From assembly GCF_040938485.1 (NCBI RefSeq), contig NW_027271179.1, positions 124,001 through 188,000 of the forward strand: DNA of 64,000 nt, written 5' to 3'. This document shows, in pieces, positions 60,901 to 64,000 of the stretch. This DNA comes from Diadema antillarum. Lineage: Eukaryota. The translations under genes and the position numbers were made by a program. The notes under the pieces were generated by a model. The model saw only the letters and a list, made by a program, of their open reading frames with translations, was not told where the DNA came from and searched no databases. How positions within the stretch are numbered: position 1 is the stretch's first letter; each line of letters opens with the position of its first letter.

Positions 60901-63363
60901 TACTAGCAGTATGCCCATTTTGTAGCTAAACCAATTGTTGATTGCAAGGATGATACACTGTTAATTTTATTCTGCCATATACTTCAGCCGTATGCATTGT
61001 GTCAGCTCTATACTGCACTTTTGCCATAATCATTTAAGGAAGAATAAAAACAGAACAAAACAAACATCTCTTAACTTCCTTTTCCTTTTCCTCTTTTTAT
61101 TTCCTTGTGCTCCTAGTCATCTGTTTCTTGTACACTTTCCCTTTACTGTTCTGCTTTTGTCTTTTTACTCCCCCCCCCCCCCCCCCCCCCCTTCCGTTGG
61201 AGTACTATAATTTGATTGTGGATTTAATTTTCTTTGTATGAATAAATGGTGTTCCTGAGAAATGACCCATGTTTTTTTGTGCTGTTGTCTGGTGGTGGTT
61301 AATTGGTTGGTTGATTGTGATATTGTTAAGCATGCTTACTCTGTCCTTCATTATGTTTATTTATCAGTGGACTACTTTGATCCAACCCTCTTGGAGCTCT
61401 CGGGTCCCTCCAACGTTCCCCTCCAGACCCACCTCACCCGTCTCCACAGGCAGGTGGTGGCCCTGGTGCCCCGCTTCAGCTCCTTGGACCAGTGCCTCAA
61501 GGAGCTGGGCACCAGCGAGGCACGGCACCACGGCAGGGCGGGGCAGTCAGAGGACAGGGGAGGGGTGGCGGGAGGTGATGAAGGCGGCAGAGGGCAGAGT
61601 GGACGGTCAGCGCTGCTGGAGATCATCAGTCACGTCATCGGCTACTGCCGGACGGTCGTGGTGAGATCAGGTTGGTAGAGCATTCTTGCCTTTGCAGGGC
61701 ATGGTCATGCTATCTCCTTACCCACCATATATCATGCTGTGATTTACTAGACAGAGAACATGAGTGATAGCCCTCATTTGGGAAGTATTGTGGGGGTGTG
61801 GAACAGATATAAACTCATTTTGACTAACATCATATGTAGGGCTTCAGAGCTTTGCCATCATTATAACTTCAAAAATATTGCAGTTACCATGGCAACAACT
61901 TACATGCCCACAAGTTATTTGTTGTTTGTTTTTTCAAATATCTGATGGTGTTGGTAAGTAACTAAAAAAAAAGTGACCTTTGCTTTCTGAAAATGAATGA
62001 TTCCATTTATTCAGTACAACCACTTCAGTGATGCTTACTTGCCTGAGCAAAAAGGTTCTTTGGATCTGTGACATACTTCAGATGGGTGATTAAAAAACAT
62101 TTGTGGTGTCAGGAGCGTCATACAGTTGGCAGTTTATAAAACTGAGTTTATGTGTGATTAGCTCAGTTTGTTCATTGGGGGAGGGGAATATGCATGAGTC
62201 TGTGTTCGAACAGACTTTGTATGGACAATGATTGGCCAAAGCTATGTTGTATTGCAATATCTATGTTTCTCCAAATATTGGTTTTTCACACTTTAGGAAA
62301 CACTGCTGATGAATGCCAGATTCTCTTCACACCATCTCTCCAGGAGGCTGTTGCAAGAGACTATCAAAGATTAGAAGGTAGGAAGCCAGTGCTTGAAAGC
62401 TTTTGGCATTTCTTTCTGTGTGTCTGTGTGGTTTGGCATGGCTTTACTTTATTAGATGTTTAGTTCATTTTGTTGCTCCTATGGAAAGATATAACCTGAA
62501 CAATATCTTCAGTGGGGTCAGTGAAATTGACTACTTTATCAGTAGAAACATCAACACTGTCAGTCAGACACAAAATAGGACTTGTCTAATATGGCATTCA
62601 TTGGAGATATTTTCTAACTGATCCTCATAGTTCAGGGTACCTGTACTCTGTGTTCAAACCAAAAGTGATGGAATGTGATATAATGTGGTATTTGCGTTAT
62701 ATAAATGTGACAACACACTTTTTGATCCACGTAACTTTGATTCTCGTCATATTCCTCACTGTTGTGGCATCAGCAGTAGAGACCATGCAAACTCGCTGTG
62801 ACTTCATAAGACGGGAAAAAAGAAATGCATTGCTTTTGCTATCATGTCCTCTTACTAATCAGAGCACTAATGAGTAGGGTTGTCTATAGACGAGGTTCTG
62901 TGATGTCAAATGACGCGTTGCCAGAGGGGCAAACCCAAATGTACACTGTATAATAAGCGCGTAGCTCTAGTGAGCAGTACATGTGCCACATACGTACCCG
63001 TCTGCCTGTCATGGGACGTAGTTTGTAACATTTACATGCTTGCCATTGCATATGAGGGCCTACATACGCACTTTTTGCCCCTCAGCCTTGCTGATGTCAT
63101 TGGAATCTAGTCTATAGAAGGTCTAATTGTTGTTATAAAAAGCTGATACCCATCACAGCTTCAGGGTTCTCATGCACTTCTCTTCTATCTTCCCAGCTTC
63201 CTCGATGGCTTCCCGGGACCTTTCAAGGCCTCCGAGCCTAGGGCTGATTGTACGCCATCTCCGCCAGGCTTCAGCTGAATTTCTAGTTGCCATGGAGACT
63301 CATCAGCAGTCCCTCCACAAACTCCAGAATGTGGCAGATCTTCCAGCAGAGGAACTGAAAGAG
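30946..63363 (+). CDS. NUP205: Nuclear pore complex protein Nup205, 33 coding exons in window (5724 nt, 1908 codons), 3' end beyond window
   Basis: Spliced translation matches remembered vertebrate Nup205 motifs along its length (LWGPYK, KHKPDxxSLxKNP, [32 protein letters not shown], [12 protein letters not shown], KALYxYES). All introns are GT-AG and exon phases are mutually consistent with no internal stop. Confidence 0.97.
32180..32833. mobile_element. Non-autonomous DNA element with ATAT TSD, Nup205 intron 1
   Basis: ATAT|GTGACCCTGCATCACAAAACC ... GGTTTTGTGATACACGGTCAC|ATAT. Confidence 0.8.
32882..33024 (+). CDS. NUP205: Nup205 exon 2, [10 protein letters not shown]...LLKNP
   Basis: TTTTGCAG acceptor, CCG|GTATGG donor, 143 nt. 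Confidence 0.95.
33995..34166 (+). CDS. NUP205: Nup205 exon 3, AKNAQHRE...VELLLA
   Basis: CTCTTCAG acceptor, G|GTAAGT donor, 172 nt. Confidence 0.95.
34825..35132 (+). CDS. NUP205: Nup205 exon 4, [13 protein letters not shown]...HKHD
   Basis: TTTTACCAG acceptor, GAT|GTAAGT donor, 308 nt. Confidence 0.95.
35868..36105 (+). CDS. NUP205: Nup205 exon 5, SQIQEFLRG...RPEDRD
   Basis: Only in-frame AG after the pyrimidine tract is TAG at 35865-35867; donor G|GTGAGC; 238 nt; exact 5' boundary less certain. Confidence 0.85.
36686..36856 (+). CDS. NUP205: Nup205 exon 6, VLERKLPIV...IPELA
   Basis: TTTCAG acceptor, G|GTAGGC donor, 171 nt. Confidence 0.93.
37432..37978. mobile_element. Tc1/mariner (pogo/Tigger-like) MITE, intron 6
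   Basis: TA|CAGTCAAACCTGTC ... GGCAGGTTTGACTG|CA. Confidence 0.72.
38022..38134 (+). CDS. NUP205: Nup205 exon 7, GFQDLVEED...VFHQN
   Basis: GGCAG acceptor, AAT|GTGAGT donor, 113 nt. Confidence 0.93.
38719..38781 (+). CDS. NUP205: Nup205 exon 8, [21 protein letters not shown]
   Basis: CTCACAG acceptor, AAA|GTAAGA donor, 63 nt; matches human EFYIRRVHNLITDFLALMPMK. Confidence 0.94.
39417..39533 (+). CDS. NUP205: Nup205 exon 9, [10 protein letters not shown]...FMHL
   Basis: GCTCAG acceptor, CTG|GTATTT donor, 117 nt. Confidence 0.93.
40155..40295 (+). CDS. NUP205: Nup205 exon 10, LGVLYENDP...SQRQ
   Basis: GTCTAG acceptor, CAA|GTGAGT donor, 141 nt. Confidence 0.93.
40444..40896. mobile_element. 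hAT-like MITE (CAGGGCTTGACA...) with nested TA-MITE at 40561-40767, intron 10
   Basis: Ends and internal motifs shared with 55969-56218; nested TA|CTGTAAA...TTTACAG|TA. Confidence 0.7.
41306..41456 (+). CDS. NUP205: Nup205 exon 11, VSLFKFVR...NGMGA
   Basis: ACCAG acceptor, G|GTAGGT donor, 151 nt. Confidence 0.93.
41898..42064. mobile_element. Harbinger-like hairpin MITE, intron 11
   Basis: GGGGGCATTTCATGACGGAACTTGTCGGATA ... TATCCGACAAGTTCCTTCATGAAATGCCCCC. Confidence 0.75.
42509..42723 (+). CDS. NUP205: Nup205 exon 12, (A)[13 protein letters not shown]...VARK; alternative start 42512
   Basis: Tandem CAGCAG acceptor, AAG|GTTGGA donor, 215 or 212 nt. Confidence 0.9.
43726..43908 (+). CDS. 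NUP205: Nup205 exon 13, DEEARLAM...LEVSQ
   Basis: CCCAG acceptor, CAG|GTATTC donor, 183 nt. Confidence 0.94.
44657..44914 (+). CDS. NUP205: Nup205 exon 14, VIPTVHQ...DPAEK
   Basis: GCCAG acceptor, AAA|GTGAGC donor, 258 nt. Confidence 0.95.
46097..46279 (+). CDS. NUP205: Nup205 exon 15, WEVAAMV...SMLQL
   Basis: ACTCAG acceptor, CTG|GTAAGA donor, 183 nt. Confidence 0.95.
46655..47490. mobile_element. Second copy of the 32180 family in intron 15, carrying a nested TA-MITE at 46961-47100
   Basis: GTGACCCTGCATTACAAAACC ... GGTTTGTGATGCATGGTCAC; colinear internal similarity to 32180-32833. Confidence 0.78.
47543..47790 (+). CDS. NUP205: Nup205 exon 16, ILSILDQ...LCRVA(K)
   Basis: GTCAG acceptor, AA|GTACGT donor, 248 nt. 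Confidence 0.94.
48672..48792 (+). CDS. NUP205: Nup205 exon 17, [11 protein letters not shown]...FSINK
   Basis: AAG acceptor keeps the alignment to human YLYHGNTNP; AAG|GTAAAG donor; 121 nt; in-frame CAG 9 nt downstream is an alternative. Confidence 0.85.
49479..49572 (+). CDS. NUP205: Nup205 exon 18, [14 protein letters not shown]...DEEI
   Basis: CTTCTAG acceptor, G|GTAGGT donor, 94 nt. Confidence 0.93.
49655..49832. mobile_element. Small TIR element with central degenerate (CCCTAA)n tract, intron 18
   Basis: ACATTTGCTCCTG ... CAGGAGCAAATGT inverted ends; TCCTAACCCTAATCCTAATCCTTACCCTAACCCTAA at 49741-49776. Confidence 0.68.
50321..50482 (+). CDS. NUP205: Nup205 exon 19, DDGSDEN...ELQDP
   Basis: TTTCCAG acceptor, G|GTATGT donor, 162 nt. 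Confidence 0.94.
50808..51047. mobile_element. TA-flanked Tc1/mariner-type MITE rich in TTTCGCGA motifs, intron 19
   Basis: TA|CTGTATATGCC ... GGCGTATACAG|TA; related to 40561-40767 and 46961-47100. Confidence 0.75.
51269..51514 (+). CDS. NUP205: Nup205 exon 20, [11 protein letters not shown]...NRPG
   Basis: AACAG acceptor, G|GTGAGG donor, 246 nt. Confidence 0.94.
52003..52161 (+). CDS. NUP205: Nup205 exon 21, [11 protein letters not shown]...VNDD
   Basis: TGCCAG acceptor, G|GTATGA donor, 159 nt. Confidence 0.93.
53535..53642 (+). CDS. NUP205: Nup205 exon 22, [36 protein letters not shown]
   Basis: ATCAG acceptor, A|GTAAGA donor, 108 nt, phase 1-1; poorly conserved acidic loop; absent from the ORF track. 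Confidence 0.75.
54162..54412 (+). CDS. NUP205: Nup205 exon 23, IVQMRRKIL...RVEQ
   Basis: TTCAG acceptor, CAG|GTATTG donor, 251 nt. Confidence 0.92.
54814..55005 (+). CDS. NUP205: Nup205 exon 24, EIREILR...ELLAK
   Basis: ATGTAG acceptor, AAG|GTTAGT donor, 192 nt. Confidence 0.94.
55130..55425. mobile_element. DINE-1/HINE-like (Helentron-associated) element, intron 24
   Basis: TTATTACCTCCGCCAAGG end, GTTTGTTTGTGTGTCTGT microsatellite, ATTTGGATGAAACTT motif, CTCTAGTT other end. Confidence 0.72.
55969..56218. mobile_element. hAT-like MITE, intron 24
   Basis: CAGGGCTCAACA ... TGTTGAGCCCTG TIRs; TSD imperfect. Confidence 0.7.
56366..56639 (+). CDS. NUP205: Nup205 exon 25, VNDEDSVAE...FILST
   Basis: TACAG acceptor, A|GTAATA donor, 274 nt. 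Confidence 0.92.
57133..57368 (+). CDS. NUP205: Nup205 exon 26, [13 protein letters not shown]...HELGR
   Basis: TTCAG acceptor, AGG|GTAGGA donor, 236 nt. Confidence 0.94.
58076..58267 (+). CDS. NUP205: Nup205 exon 27, TLALSVID...YESTM
   Basis: TTCCAG acceptor, ATG|GTGAGT donor, 192 nt. Confidence 0.95.
58664..58779 (+). CDS. NUP205: Nup205 exon 28, SLLTRVAES...RPDQS
   Basis: TTCCTAG acceptor, AG|GTAAGT donor, 116 nt. Confidence 0.94.
59759..59915 (+). CDS. NUP205: Nup205 exon 29, HPIMTDG...EATSQ
   Basis: CTGCAG acceptor, CAG|GTGAGT donor, 157 nt. Confidence 0.94.
60389..60495 (+). repeat. Minisatellite, ~4 copies of a 25-26-bp unit GATTGATATGTGAGTTATATTTGTGA
   Basis: Direct reading; ends ~45 nt before the exon 30 acceptor. 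Confidence 0.8.
60540..60672 (+). CDS. NUP205: Nup205 exon 30, [10 protein letters not shown]...VMGE
   Basis: AATAG acceptor, G|GTAAAG donor, 133 nt. Confidence 0.94.
61368..61670 (+). CDS. NUP205: Nup205 exon 31, VDYFDPTLL...VVVRS
   Basis: TATCAG acceptor, G|GTTGGT donor, 303 nt. Confidence 0.9.
62297..62377 (+). CDS. NUP205: Nup205 exon 32, [15 protein letters not shown]...RLE
   Basis: TTTAG acceptor, G|GTAGGA donor, 81 nt. Confidence 0.92.
63197..63363 (+). CDS. NUP205: Nup205 exon 33, ASSMASRD...EELKE (last exon visible)
   Basis: TTCCCAG acceptor, GAG|GTCAGT donor, 167 nt; matches human KLQNVEQLPPDEIKE. Confidence 0.94.
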
Positions 63364-63443
63364 GTCAGTTGGGGGGAAAAAAATAATGTCTTTTTGAGAT
63401 GTAGTCATAAAAAAGTATCTTGAATGTCTGTTTTGTGTTTTAA

Positions 63444-63800
63444 AGGGGAAGGCTAGTAACTGATCAGTGGGAATCACTGGAAATGCTGGGAGATGATTGT
63501 TCCAATCCTTATGGGATTCATTCAAGAGTTCATTGTATATCTATTGTTGTGTGAAAATGATTTGCTTCAGAACGGTCTCATATGCAAGTAATGTGCAGAT
63601 TTATGCTCCGTCACTGACCAGGGATGCTAACATGGAAGCATTAAACTGCACATTACTTGAATATGAGACCATTCTGAAGCAAATCATTTTCACACAACAG
63701 TAGATATACAATGAACTCTTGAATGAATCCCATAAGGATTGGAACAATCATCTCCCAGCATTTCCACTGATTCCCACTGATCAGTTACTAGCCTTCCCCT
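63444..63800. mobile_element. Near-perfect foldback MITE with TTAA TSD, intron 33
   Basis: TTAA|AGGGGAAGGCTAGTAACTGATCAGTGGGAATC ... GATTCCCACTGATCAGTTACTAGCCTTCCCCT|TTAA; arms ~165 bp. Confidence 0.88.
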
Positions 63801-64000
63801 TTAAGTAGTGTCTGTTAGTGACCTTATTTTGTGAAGTCTCTGTGTGTGGTGTGTTTACAGCAAGTGTGACGATATATTACTGTAATCACCAGCACTTTGG
63901 GGCACTCACTGCTTTATTTCAATTGATATGTTGACTTCGAGTGATATTTATGCTTTACTGTTTCTCTACATAATTTCATGCGGCTATCCTGGAGCTGTAG

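Noticed and set aside
34886-61626. Minus-strand and alternate-frame ORFs overlapping Nup205 exons (for example 34886-35164, 46083-46401, 47539-47913, 57129-57494)
   Set aside because: Expected shadow ORFs of GC-rich exons; no independent similarity.

Overview
Eukaryotic (animal) genomic DNA. The repeat types suggest an invertebrate deuterostome such as an echinoderm, which is inference only. The right half (30946-64000) holds the first 33 coding exons of a + strand NUP205 (nucleoporin Nup205) gene. I rebuilt them by hand into one open, phase-consistent frame of 5724 nt (1908 codons) that continues beyond the window; its introns carry many MITEs. The left half (1-30.9 kb) has no recognisable intact gene and consists of microsatellites, five N-runs, LINE 3' fragments and non-autonomous DNA elements. 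The most notable structure is a 7.07-kb foldback-type DNA transposon (19668-26740) with ~620/660-bp modular terminal inverted repeats built from tandem CATTTCACT-containing units. On the minus strand it carries a decayed, spliced gene with XPG/PIN-like motifs resembling Academ (AcademX) proteins, a similarity recalled from memory rather than searched. It contains nested MITE and LINE insertions and sits in one copy of a 346-bp tandem duplication, whose other copy preserves the empty site, inside a Helentron/DINE-1-type element. No CRISPR array, rRNA, tRNA or prokaryotic system is supported.
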